In this document: piece by piece, positions 22,143 to 31,483 of the stretch
Numbering within the stretch: position 1 is the first letter of the stretch
How the letters are laid out: each line of letters opens with the position of its first letter
Translations under genes and position numbers: made by a program
NCBI GenBank assembly: GCA_963847445.1
Contig: CAWJZV010000009.1
Coordinates: 32,001 to 96,000, forward strand
Direction: 5' to 3'
DNA length: 64,000 nucleotides
From: an uncultured delta proteobacterium
GTDB taxonomy: Bacteria > Desulfobacterota > Binatia > UBA9968
Notes under the pieces: generated by a model
The model's database searches: none
The model's input: only the letters and a program-made list of their open reading frames with translations
What the model was told of the DNA's origin: nothing

Positions 22143-22916
22143 ATGCGTTTCATGTTTTTAAACCACTCGGCGCAGCATCACTCCGCCGAGCTCGAAGTCC
22201 ATATCGCCAAGCTGCTCAAAAGTTACGCCTCGCCCGACACCACTTTTGAGCTCGCCTACCCGGAAGATCTCGGCAGCGGCGCCGTGTTGAGACTGCTCGA
22301 AGAGCGCAAAGCGCTCTCCGGCCTGCATCATATTTTGGAAACCCCGGCGCTGGTGAAGAAAGCCATCGAAGCCGAGCGCCAGGGTTTCGACGCGGTGATT
22401 CAGAGCAATACCTTCGATCCCGGCGTTGAGGCGAGCCGGCTGGCGGTGCGCATCCCGGTGATCGGCCTGTTGCGCGCGTCGTTGCATTTCGCCGCCAGCA
22501 TTTGCGACCGCTTCGGGCTCATCGTGCCGTTGGAAACCCATATGCCGCACACCATGCGCATGGTGCAGACCTATGGCATGACGCCGTTCGTCAGCGGTAT
22601 CCGCACCGTCGGCCTCTACGACACCGGCGATCTGTCGGGTTATCACGATGTCGTCATCGAACGCACTTTGGCGGTGGGCAAAGAGCTGGTAGCCCAAGGC
22701 GCTCAAGCGATCATTCCTTTGGGCGGCAAGATCTACCCCTACGTGGTCACGCCGGAAGAGTTGGAACCCCATCTCGGCGTGCCGGTGATCAACACCAAAG
22801 CGGTGGGCGTTAGTTACGCGGAATTAATGGCGCGCAACAGTATTACGCACAGCATCAAAGCCTATCCCTGCCCCACCGGTCTCGATGCCGATGCGGTATC
22901 CAAGCGTTCGACCTAA
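22143..22916 (+). CDS. Asp/Glu/hydantoin racemase-family protein lacking the catalytic cysteines
   Basis: AERQGFDAVIQSNTFDPG, IPVIG, GAQAIIPLGG, GVPVIN. Confidence 0.75.
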   Translation: MRFMFLNHSAQHHSAELEVHIAKLLKSYASPDTTFELAYPEDLGSGAVLRLLEERKALSGLHHILETPALVKKAIEAERQGFDAVIQSNTFDPGVEASRLAVRIPVIGLLRASLHFAASICDRFGLIVPLETHMPHTMRMVQTYGMTPFVSGIRTVGLYDTGDLSGYHDVVIERTLAVGKELVAQGAQAIIPLGGKIYPYVVTPEELEPHLGVPVINTKAVGVSYAELMARNSITHSIKAYPCPTGLDADAVSKRST

Positions 22917-23004
22917 CCACTGCGGCAGTGAGTTGCAATGGCTTGAGGCAATCACTATGAGTTAAATCTAATATTCCCCGCAGCTTGCTGCGGGCACAAA
23001 ATTG

Positions 23005-23075
23005 CTGGGGTTTCCAAAGGGGGTTGAACATCCCCTTTGGTCGCGAGCGGGGTTCATACCCCGATCGCGAAATGC
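23005..23075. repeat. intergenic double-hairpin element
   Basis: ccaaagggg..cccctttgg followed by tcgcga-cgggg..ccccg-tcgcga. Confidence 0.5.
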
Positions 23076-23114
23076 CCGGTTGATTTGAATTTCACCTGAG
23101 GAGACCCATAGGCA

Positions 23115-24209
23115 ATGATTATCGATGGCGACGGACATTTCTTTGAAACCGAAGAGATCTTCGACAAGTATATGGAGCCGGCTTTGCGCAATTTCCGGCC
23201 GCGTCTTTTGGGCGATGAACAAGGCCACAACTTTTGGGTGGTCGACGGCCAGACTTCTTACAAACGGCCGACCATCAAAGGCGCCGGCGCGCCGGGAACC
23301 GCCGCCCCTCCGGGAAAAGCCTTGCAGTCGGCACGCCGCGCATCGCCGGGCAGCCAGACGCTGAACAATTTAAAGGAGCGTTTGAACGATCTCGATCGCG
23401 AAAAAATCGACTTGCAGTTCATCTATCCAAGCTTTTTGCTCCATGCCAATGCCTGGCCCGACGGCATTTTAGCTAACGGCATCTGCCGTGCCTACAACAC
23501 TTGGCTTAACGAAGCATGCAACCGAGCACCCGACCGTTTGCAGGCGGTCGGCGTGGTGTCGTTGCTCGATCCCCAGGGCGCCGCCAAAGAAATCACCCGG
23601 CTGAGCGACATGGGCGTCAAAGCGGTGATGATCAACGGCACCGCCGGCGCCAGGCGTTTGGATCATCCCGACCATGATGTCTTCTTCGCCGAGTGCGACC
23701 GGGTCAAGATGCCCATCGCCGTTCATTTCAGCTTGCAGTTCCCCTTCGTCGACACATTGTTCGAGCACCATTTTCCCAACCGCGTGCTCGCCGGCATCTT
23801 TCCGATCATGGCCGGCTTGACCAGCGTGTTGTGTTCCGGTCTGTTGGATCGCTATAAGAACTTAAAATTCGCCTTTCTCGAAGGCGGCATCAGCTGGGTG
23901 CCGGCCCATGTCGAGCGCATGGACGATCATTTTGACAACCCGCGCTATGGCGCCAAGGATCTCATCAGCCATCCGCCCAGCGAGTATTTAAAAACCGGCA
24001 GGATTTTCTTCGGCTGCGAGGGCAACGAAGCAACGCTGGCAAAGATCGTCGGCGAAGTCGGCGACGATCTATTCATGTTCTCCTCCGACTATCCCCATGC
24101 CGACCGCACCGAGGGCACGGCGACCATTCTCAAGGATCGCAGCGATATCGCCGCTCCGGTGCGCAAGAAACTCTTGGAAGACAACGCGCGGCAATTTTAC
24201 GGCGTGTAA
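23115..24209 (+). CDS. amidohydrolase_2 family metal-dependent hydrolase/decarboxylase
   Basis: IIDGDGH, RAYNTWL, PIAVH, FLEGGISW, SSDYPH. Confidence 0.85.
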   Translation: MIIDGDGHFFETEEIFDKYMEPALRNFRPRLLGDEQGHNFWVVDGQTSYKRPTIKGAGAPGTAAPPGKALQSARRASPGSQTLNNLKERLNDLDREKIDLQFIYPSFLLHANAWPDGILANGICRAYNTWLNEACNRAPDRLQAVGVVSLLDPQGAAKEITRLSDMGVKAVMINGTAGARRLDHPDHDVFFAECDRVKMPIAVHFSLQFPFVDTLFEHHFPNRVLAGIFPIMAGLTSVLCSGLLDRYKNLKFAFLEGGISWVPAHVERMDDHFDNPRYGAKDLISHPPSEYLKTGRIFFGCEGNEATLAKIVGEVGDDLFMFSSDYPHADRTEGTATILKDRSDIAAPVRKKLLEDNARQFYGV

Positions 24210-24256
24210 ATCGGCATCCAAAAAGCGCGACTTTCGAGCCATTGAACGACCGTAGC

Positions 24257-24292
24257 AAAGGGGTAATCGACGCTGTCGATTACCCCTTTTTT
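24257..24292 (+). terminator. intrinsic terminator
   Basis: aaaggggtaatcgac-gct-gtcgattacccc followed by a T tract. Confidence 0.88.
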
Positions 24293-24348
24293 GCGTCCAA
24301 CGCGATCATCGCGATGAATTTCGACTCACTACCCGCTCCCTGCCTAGC

Positions 24349-24378
24349 TTGATTTATCCTCTGCCAATACGATAAAAT
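24349..24378 (+). promoter_or_regulatory. putative sigma-70 promoter
   Basis: TTGATT-N18-TAAAAT upstream of the small Cys-rich ORF. Confidence 0.45.
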
Positions 24379-24434
24379 TTTAACGCGTGAATGAGGTAAA
24401 CCCAGGTTTGCGGTGTTGATAAGGAGGAGTGGAG

Positions 24435-24617
24435 ATGGATCTGCCGAAATGTCAGAAATGCAACAATGGGGTGTTAATACCGCTGTCGGACTACGGGCAA
24501 GAGGGCGCCTCAGTGATGTACAAAGCCTGGGCTTGTACCAACCCCGACTGTGGATTTTCCTTGCGTATCGACAAAGGCGAGGTTACCTACGGCAAGAAGA
24601 TCGAGCACAAACATTGA
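24435..24617 (+). CDS. small zinc-ribbon-like protein (60 aa)
   Basis: CQKC...CTNPDC; AAGGAGG ribosome-binding site. Confidence 0.75.
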   Translation: MDLPKCQKCNNGVLIPLSDYGQEGASVMYKAWACTNPDCGFSLRIDKGEVTYGKKIEHKH

Positions 24618-24723
24618 GCTGGCGAAGCCGGTAAATCTCGCCCTAGCGCGCGGTTAACCGAGTTAAGCGAGTTTGGACGGACACCCCAATACTCCATCAT
24701 TTCAATACTCCAACACACCATTC

Positions 24724-25380
24724 TTACCCAGGCATGCTCTGATTGAAGCTCTGAATCGCCCGGCCAAACAGCTCACAACCGGTTTTCAATGCGACCAGAC
24801 ATTTCCGCTGCGACTCGGCACCGGTGGCGTAGCGTTTGAGAATCTCCGGCGCGATCCATTCATGGCCTTCTTCCTCGGCCAGCAAGACATCGCGGTAGAT
24901 CGCCGCGGTGGTCGGATCGATGGCGCCGACCCGCTCGATAAACGACTTCGAGGTCCGGGGAAAAAACTCTTCGTGGCCGAACTGCACGCTGGCGATCAGC
25001 TCGCACAACGAACCCAAGCCGGCATGAAAGTCCCACAGCTCCTTCAACTCCGCCAGCGGACTATTCCACAAGCTATCGGGATCGCCCTTGAGGTCGCTTA
25101 TGCGCTGGCGCAGGATCGAGGTATGTTTCAGTTCGTTGACGACATACTCGGACATCGGCTGTTGCAGGTCGAGATCGGGGATCTTGCTCACCCAAGGCGC
25201 GGTGACTTCGGCAGCTTTCCGTTCCATGACCACGCCGAACTGCAAGCGCCGCAGCACGATCGCCGGGGTCAATGGCTTCTCCGCGCCGTAGCTTTTGCGC
25301 TCGGCATTCATCTTTTCCCAGAAGGCCTCACGAGCAGCGATCAATTGCTGCAAAAACTCATCGGGCTGTAGCGCTTCCAT
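24724..25380 (-). CDS. ferritin-like diiron-carboxylate protein
   Basis: E...NELKH...HEE...EEEGH, i.e. two ExxH motifs; GAGGA ribosome-binding site. Confidence 0.65.
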   Translation of the reverse strand: MEALQPDEFLQQLIAAREAFWEKMNAERKSYGAEKPLTPAIVLRRLQFGVVMERKAAEVTAPWVSKIPDLDLQQPMSEYVVNELKHTSILRQRISDLKGDPDSLWNSPLAELKELWDFHAGLGSLCELIASVQFGHEEFFPRTSKSFIERVGAIDPTTAAIYRDVLLAEEEGHEWIAPEILKRYATGAESQRKCLVALKTGCELFGRAIQSFNQSMPG

Positions 25381-25506
25381 GATTCCTCCGCCGGTGGACT
25401 TTACAATGATTGACTCCGCCGATCATTTAGGTTTTAACAATACAAGAAATCTAGCCCTAGTGAAAGCTGCTCGATCTAGCCTAACCGCTCATAATTTAAG
25501 ACTTTA

Positions 25507-26251
25507 ATGGACTCCGGCCAAGCCAAAATCTACGTCGACGATCTTTACGATCAAGTGCATCGCCACTGGCAAAAGCGCATTCACAACGGCGAGTTCATGA
25601 CACGCCTGCGTGACGGCACGCTGCCGCTGCCCTGTCTGCGGCGCTTTTTCAAAGACTGGGGGCTGTTCTCCATCGAGGTGGTCGCCCTCAACGCGGTGTC
25701 ATACTACGTTCATCTGCCCTTCTTCGTGGAAAATTTCGATTTGCTGGCACCGCTTTGCGACAAGGTCGCCGAAGAACTGATCTCACCCAAGCCGCCCGGC
25801 CATATCTTGATCCTGCTGGAAACCGCCAACGCATTGGGCTTAAGCAAGGAAGAATTGTTCGAGCAACCGGCATCGGCGCCGGGGCGCGCCATCAGCGATT
25901 ACTGCCGGCGGGTGTTTCAAGACGGCTCGATCATTGAGCTGTGGGGCGCCCATGTATACGAAGAAACCCTCGGCCACTGGTCGCAGCAATGGAGCCAGGC
26001 GCTGGTCAGCCATTATGGCATGAGCAAACGCCAGGCGATCTATTTCAACGCCCACGCCGAAGCCGACTTGGTCCAGCATGACGATCACATGGGCCACGGG
26101 CCGCTAAATCGCATGATCCTGCAGCGCATTCTGGAGCAGGGCAAGACAGCCAAAAAATTGGGCTACGATCCTAAATATTGCGCCTTCACCATGGTCGATC
26201 TGCAAGCGCTCATGGAACAGCACGCCTTGGACAATCCCTATCCCGGCGTGA
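25507..26251 (+). CDS. heme-oxygenase-like diiron (HDO; CADD/PqqC/TenA-like) redox protein
   Basis: EELISPKPPGH, YEET, YFNAHAEADLVQH ligand pattern; removing one C from tatcccggcgtga gives YPA* at 26251. Confidence 0.7.
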
Positions 26252-26328
26252 TCGTTAACGCTCTAGGCGAAGCCGATGCTTCGCACTGCGACGAAATTGC
26301 CAATTCAAATATCGGTCGAGGTGCTGTC

Positions 26329-27264
26329 ATGCGCGCAATGATTATTTTCGCGTTCAATTTAATCGTGGCAATATCCTTGCCTACAAACGCGTCCGCACAA
26401 CTACCCGGCAAATGGGATACTCGCGCGCCGATGCCGTCGGCGCGCAGCGAGGTCGCCGCGGCGGAGATCGCCGGCAAGATTTACGTCATGGGCGGGTACG
26501 TCAAAGGCGGCAATCTGGTCGAGGCGTACGACCCGGCGGCCAACAGTTGGCGCGGCCGCGCTGCTCTGCCGAAACCGCTGCATCATATCGGCGCCGCCGC
26601 CCTCAACGGCAAAATCTATGTGATCGGCGGCTATATTTCCGGCACCGGTTCGGTGGGTACCGTTTATCAATACGATCCGGCCAAAGATCAGTGGACGACC
26701 AAGAAACCGCTGCCGACCCCGCGGGGCGCCCTCGCCGTCGGCGTTATCTCGGGGAAAATCTACGCCGTCGGCGGCGTCGGTAAGAACGGCCGCAACACAC
26801 CCGCCAACGAGTCCTACGATCCGCTCCAAGACCGTTGGACCAAACACGCACCGATGATCACACAGAGAGACCACCACGCCATCGGCGTCGTCGACGGCAA
26901 GCTCTACGCCATCGCCGGCCGGGTCAACGGCAATCATGATCGCAGCGTCGGCGAAAATGAAGAATACGACCCAGCGAGCAACCGCTGGCGCGCCAGAGCG
27001 CCGATCCCAACCATGCGCAGCGGCATTGTCGCAGCAACCCTCGGCGGAAAAATTTTCGTCTTCGGCGGTGAACACGACCGCCGCAACCGCGCCAACGTCG
27101 AGTCCTACGATCCGGTAAATAACCAGTGGCAAAGCTGGGCGCCCATGCCCACCGCCCGCCACGGCCTCGGCGCCGCCGTCATCGGCAATTCCATCTACGT
27201 CATCGCGGGCGGCCCCCAGCCGGGAACATCGTTCTCGTCGGTAAACGAAGTCCTGACGCCGTGA
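26329..27264 (+). CDS. secreted Kelch-repeat beta-propeller protein
   Basis: Signal peptide MRAMIIFAFNLIVAISLPTNASA with GAGGT upstream; six GKIYxxGG..YDP..W Kelch repeats. Confidence 0.85.
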   Translation: MRAMIIFAFNLIVAISLPTNASAQLPGKWDTRAPMPSARSEVAAAEIAGKIYVMGGYVKGGNLVEAYDPAANSWRGRAALPKPLHHIGAAALNGKIYVIGGYISGTGSVGTVYQYDPAKDQWTTKKPLPTPRGALAVGVISGKIYAVGGVGKNGRNTPANESYDPLQDRWTKHAPMITQRDHHAIGVVDGKLYAIAGRVNGNHDRSVGENEEYDPASNRWRARAPIPTMRSGIVAATLGGKIFVFGGEHDRRNRANVESYDPVNNQWQSWAPMPTARHGLGAAVIGNSIYVIAGGPQPGTSFSSVNEVLTP

Positions 27265-27459
27265 GAGGAGCGGATTTAGGCGGCTTGCGACTGCAAGTAA
27301 GACTGGGTTATAAGAAGTCCGTCTCCGGCATTGCAAAAATTCTAAGTATGGCTTTTCACGCGTCTCAGCGCGGTTTCGCAATGAGAAATATCCTCAAGGA
27401 AGACTTGGAATACGACTCGCCCTCAGATCTTAAACAGTAATCAAAGAAATTTATCTCCC

Positions 27460-28356
27460 GTGCAGTGCGAAAGGTGGTTGAAAGTTGTTTCAAACCTGCG
27501 CGTTGATCGCAAAGGATCCATCGCGCCTCACAAACCGTTGCTGTTATTGGTGCTGGCCGAAATCGCCGAGCAAGGGAAACTAACATCTAAATTTCTTCCT
27601 CTAACCGGCGAACTGGTTTTTCGTTTTCTTGCCTACTGGTCGGTAGTGGCCGAACGGCGACCGCAACGCCCAGACATTCACTTACCCTTTTACCACATGC
27701 GTAGCGACGGTTGCTGGACACCCTTAGATTTAGCCGGCCAGCCCACGCTTGAACGGCGCCGCGCCGTAGCGGTGAATCTCGACGAAACGTTTTTGGCTTG
27801 TTTGAATGACCCAGACTTTCGGAAGGAGATGCGTCGACTTCTCATTGCGAAATATTTTAGGGACTTTGCCGAACGCGCCGGGTTGTATCAACTTGTCGGC
27901 CTGCCCGTACCGCCAGATCCAATCGTTAGAGAGGACGCCCGACTTTATGAAGCGGCCCGTGAGCGAGGCCGTGAAGCCCGATTTCGCTTGACCGTGGTCC
28001 CCGCATATTATTACACCTGCGCGCTTACTCGGTATCGCCTCGTGACTGTGGATAGTGGAAGCATTGTAGAGGCTGCGCATATTCACCAATTTGCAGATAG
28101 CCGAAACAATCATCCTCGCAACGGGATAGCACTTTGCAAAAACGCGCACTGGATGTTTGACGAGGGCCTATGGTCCTTAGACGATGACTACCGTGTGATG
28201 GTAGATAGCAAAAGGTTCGATGAATCAGGTCCCGATGAGTTGCTTTTATCACTCAAGGTAAACACACGAATTCACCTTCCCGCTGATTCAAACTACTGGC
28301 CAGACAAAACCTATTTAACGTGGCATCGCAAACACCACGGTTTTGAGTCCGTATAG
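27460..28356 (+). CDS. SBD-HNH-type (putative phosphorothioate-dependent) restriction endonuclease
   Basis: N-terminal APHKPLLLL and PFYHMRSDGCW; C-terminal CALT, VEAAHI, NGIALCKNAHWMFDEG. Confidence 0.75.
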   Translation: MQCERWLKVVSNLRVDRKGSIAPHKPLLLLVLAEIAEQGKLTSKFLPLTGELVFRFLAYWSVVAERRPQRPDIHLPFYHMRSDGCWTPLDLAGQPTLERRRAVAVNLDETFLACLNDPDFRKEMRRLLIAKYFRDFAERAGLYQLVGLPVPPDPIVREDARLYEAARERGREARFRLTVVPAYYYTCALTRYRLVTVDSGSIVEAAHIHQFADSRNNHPRNGIALCKNAHWMFDEGLWSLDDDYRVMVDSKRFDESGPDELLLSLKVNTRIHLPADSNYWPDKTYLTWHRKHHGFESV

Positions 28357-28462
28357 TGTTTCTTACCGCAAGATGTCGAATCGCGAACAGTTTGATTAAA
28401 GGCTCGTGTGGATTGGACAGTGACGATTGTGGAGCGTTTATATCACTCAAACAAAGTTCTGG

Positions 28463-28620
28463 TCCTAATGAAAAGCGAATATTTGACGCGATGCGTTCGC
28501 ATCAGACTCGTCGTTTTGATTACGTGGGCTGGCTCTTTGAGTCAGCGAGGTATGCCGAGCGGATGACGTGCAAATCCTTCCCTGGTCCAGCAGGATAAGC
28601 AGAGCCGTGGATTCAAAGCC
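28463..28620 (-). pseudogene. decayed duplicate of a cysteine desulfurase 3' end
   Basis: Minus strand reads GFESTALLILLDQGRICTSS/GSAYLADS/EPAHVIK/ASRQ/IRFSLG with frameshifts, matching [47 protein letters not shown] at about 29313-29473. Confidence 0.8.
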
Positions 28621-28656
28621 GGGGAGGGAGAATACGTCGGCGGCTTTCGCCGGCTG

Positions 28657-28899
28657 CTACCCGGTCATCGAGCGCGCGCAGAGGATTTCGTCTTCGCGGA
28701 GCGGTTCGAGGGCAGTGGCGGCAACGGCAGTGACGGCGATGGTGTCACCGATGGCGTTGAAGACCTCGATGGAATAACCCACCGTGCCATCGGGCGCAAC
28801 GTGGTGATCCACGAGTTTGACGATGTCGCCCCGCTTAAGGCGATGCTCGGGGACGTCGCACGCAAGCACGGCGTCCGTGTATAGTTCCAATTGCATCAC
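28657..28899 (-). CDS. DUF4926-like small protein (putative antitoxin/immunity)
   Basis: LKRGDIVKLVD...GYSIEVFNAIGDTIAV; overlaps the stop of the upstream partner gene. Confidence 0.7.
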   Translation of the reverse strand: MMQLELYTDAVLACDVPEHRLKRGDIVKLVDHHVAPDGTVGYSIEVFNAIGDTIAVTAVAATALEPLREDEILCARSMTG

Positions 28900-29228
28900 G
28901 TTCTCCGTTTGTCCGGGATTAGTGTAACGAACTTGGTGATGCCCGACAAGTGCTCCGTCATCCAGATCGTGCGCACCACTCGCTTCACACCGTTGGGACC
29001 GCTCAGCGTGCCGCGAATTTCATAGTACTGGCCAAACTTGCCGGATTCCAAACGCGCCGCGTCTAGCGGCAGGATTTGTGTGCGCAGGTCGTGCAGCAAT
29101 TGATCGACGTTCTCCCGTGTGTAGCCGGCGCCAACCAAAAATGCAGACTTGTCGCCGCGCGCTTGCGGCACAAGCAGGTAGCGCGTGAACTTGTCTGTAG
29201 CGATGAACGTGTCCGCTGGCAGTTTCAC
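28896..29228 (-). CDS. DUF6883-like small protein (putative toxin)
   Basis: KFTRYLL...DKSAFL..GY...FGQYYEIRGTLSGPNG...VRTIW...FVTLIP. Confidence 0.65.
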   Translation of the reverse strand: MKLPADTFIATDKFTRYLLVPQARGDKSAFLVGAGYTRENVDQLLHDLRTQILPLDAARLESGKFGQYYEIRGTLSGPNGVKRVVRTIWMTEHLSGITKFVTLIPDKRRT

Positions 29229-29236
29229 AGGGGAGT

Positions 29237-30369
29237 TCAGCCGCAGAGAAGTTCGGTGGCGCGTTTAACAACCGCGAGCGCCGATTTTACTTCGGTCGTT
29301 GTATTTACGGCATCCAGCGAAAAGCGGACCATCTGCCGTGACGCGGCGGAATCGGGTTTCATAGCTCGGATGACATGTGACGGTTCATCGGAAGCAGCCA
29401 GGCAGGCCGAGCCGCACGAGGCGCAGATGCCTTCTTTGTCGAGCAGGATGAGCAGCGCTTCGGATTCAATGCCGTGAAACGAGATGTTTGTAGTATTGGA
29501 CAGGCGTTGAGTCTTGTCACCGTTCAATTCCGTATTCGGAATCCTCTCAAGAATTCCTTCTTCCAAAGCATCCCTTAGCGGGCGCACTTTCTTACCGTAC
29601 CCTGGAAGAGTTTTGTTGGCCAATTCGGCAGCTTTGCCCATCCCGGCAATCAGGGGAACGCTTTCCGTTCCGCCGCGGAGGTTACGTTCTTGATGACCGC
29701 CATGGATAAACGATGTCATCGGGGTTTTGCGCTTCACGTAAACCGCGCCGATGCCTTTCGGAGCATGGAATTTGTGGGCAGTGAGCGAAAGATAGTTGAT
29801 CGGGAGAGTTCGGAGGTTAATGTCAACCTTACCGGCCGCCTGAACGGCGTCGCAGTGATAAAGCACGCCACGCGACTCGCATATCTCAGCGATCTCTTTA
29901 ACAGGGAACAGTACTCCAGTTTCGTTGTTAGCCCACATGAGCGAAACGATCGCAGTCTCGTCCGTGATAGCGTTTTCTAAGTCAGCAAGTCTTGAGCAAG
30001 CCTTCTCGGTCAACAGGCAAATAAGTGACTCGGTATCCTTCGGTCTCCAATACCATACAGTAGTTCAGAACTGAGGAGTGTTCCACAGCCGAAGTAATGA
30101 TGTGCCGTTTGTTCGGATTGGCCTTCAACGCCGCGTGGATGGCGGTGTTGTTGCTCTCGGTTGCGCAGGAAGTGAAGATCACTTCCATCGGGTGCGCACC
30201 GATTAAGCCGGCCACTTGCTCCCGCGCAGTTTCAATCGCCGTCTTTGATCTTGTAGCCAAACTTGTACGTGCTCGACGGATTGCCCCACTCCGTCGTGAA
30301 GTAAGGCATCATGGCCTCCAGCACTTCAGGCAGTACCGGAGTCGTCGCGTTGTAGTCCAGGTAAATCAT
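29237..30369 (-). CDS. IscS/NifS/DndA-type cysteine desulfurase with two frameshifts (about 30250 and about 29995)
   Basis: [11 protein letters not shown] at ATG 30369, [45 protein letters not shown], catalytic GSAC. Confidence 0.85.
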
Positions 30370-30435
30370 GGGATGGGATTGAGTGAACGGATATAGGTTT
30401 TCTAACTGGTTTTTCTTCCCGTGGCAATTAATTGT

Positions 30436-31410
30436 TTAAATTGCGGCGAAGAACCGCATGATTCGCTGTAACAGCCAATCCAACGATCCTGGAAACTTTC
30501 CTGATACAAAGCCGACATGGCCGCCTGAATCAGGAGATTCTAACGTTACTGATCCAGAAAGTTCCGCGTCCGTCGGCAGCGCCGACGCCGGCAGGAACGG
30601 ATCGTTTTGCGCGTTGATCATCAACGTCGGCACGCAAATATTTTTAAGCCAGGGCTTGCTGCTCGCTCTGGTCCAGTAGTCGTCGGCGTCTTTGAAGCCG
30701 TGCATCGGCGCGGTGTAGATATCGTCGAACTGGCGGAAGGTCGAGCAAGCGTGCATCGCTGCAGGATCGATGTCGAGCCCATGCTGAGAAATCTTCGCCA
30801 GCACTTTTCCCTTCAGCGAGCGGAGAAAACGGCGCGTGTAAATCGCTCGCCTGTAGCCAAAATCCAACAGCGCCGCCGCGGCATGCAAGTCCACCGGCGC
30901 TGACACCGCCACCGCGCCATTGACGATGGCGGCAGCCGCATCGGCCTGTTCACCCAACCATTTGAGCAGCATATTGCCGCCAAGCGAGACGCCGACGACA
31001 TAGATTTCGCATTCGGGATTTTCGCGCTTGAGCCGGCGCAGGATCCAGTCGATCTCGGCGGCATCGCCGGAGTGATAGGCGCGCGGCAGCTTATTGCTCT
31101 CGCCGCCGCATCCGCGAAAGTGCGGCACCACGCCGCGCCAGCCTCGCTGCTGCGCCATTGTCATAAAACTCATTGCATAGTGACTGCGCGAACAACCTTC
31201 AAGACCGTGAAACAACACCAGCACCGTTGAATCCGTAGCAACGGCTCGGGTCCAATCGAGGTCGATGAAATCACCATCCGGCGCCGCCCAACGTTCGCGC
31301 CGATACTGCACCGGGTATCGCCGCGCGAGCCTGCGCGCGTAAATGGTTTGCAAGTTCCCGCCCGGCAACCACGAGGGCGGCGCGTAAGTGGAACTTACTG
31401 ACAAACCCAT
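30436..31410 (-). CDS. YheT-type alpha/beta hydrolase
   Basis: PDGDFIDLDW, HGLEG, GVSLGG, AQNDPF, GGHVGF; start codon uncertain. Confidence 0.85.
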   Translation of the reverse strand: MGLSVSSTYAPPSWLPGGNLQTIYARRLARRYPVQYRRERWAAPDGDFIDLDWTRAVATDSTVLVLFHGLEGCSRSHYAMSFMTMAQQRGWRGVVPHFRGCGGESNKLPRAYHSGDAAEIDWILRRLKRENPECEIYVVGVSLGGNMLLKWLGEQADAAAAIVNGAVAVSAPVDLHAAAALLDFGYRRAIYTRRFLRSLKGKVLAKISQHGLDIDPAAMHACSTFRQFDDIYTAPMHGFKDADDYWTRASSKPWLKNICVPTLMINAQNDPFLPASALPTDAELSGSVTLESPDSGGHVGFVSGKFPGSLDWLLQRIMRFFAAI

Positions 31411-31440
31411 TTTCTGGTTAGGAGTTGGGTCGGTCATCTG

Positions 31441-31480
31441 GACGATTTGAACATTTTGAACGGCTGGAACGATTTGAACG
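31441..31480. repeat. 9-mer tandem array (ttgaac-containing)
   Basis: gatttgaac attttgaac ggctggaac gatttgaac; similar array at about 38048-38096. Confidence 0.7.
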
Positions 31481-31483
31481 CGT

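Noticed and set aside
25507-27264. 585-aa HDO-Kelch fusion protein
   Set aside because: An internal signal peptide with its own ribosome-binding site starts at 26329, and deleting one C in tatcccggcgtga restores a stop at 26251; most likely an indel artefact.
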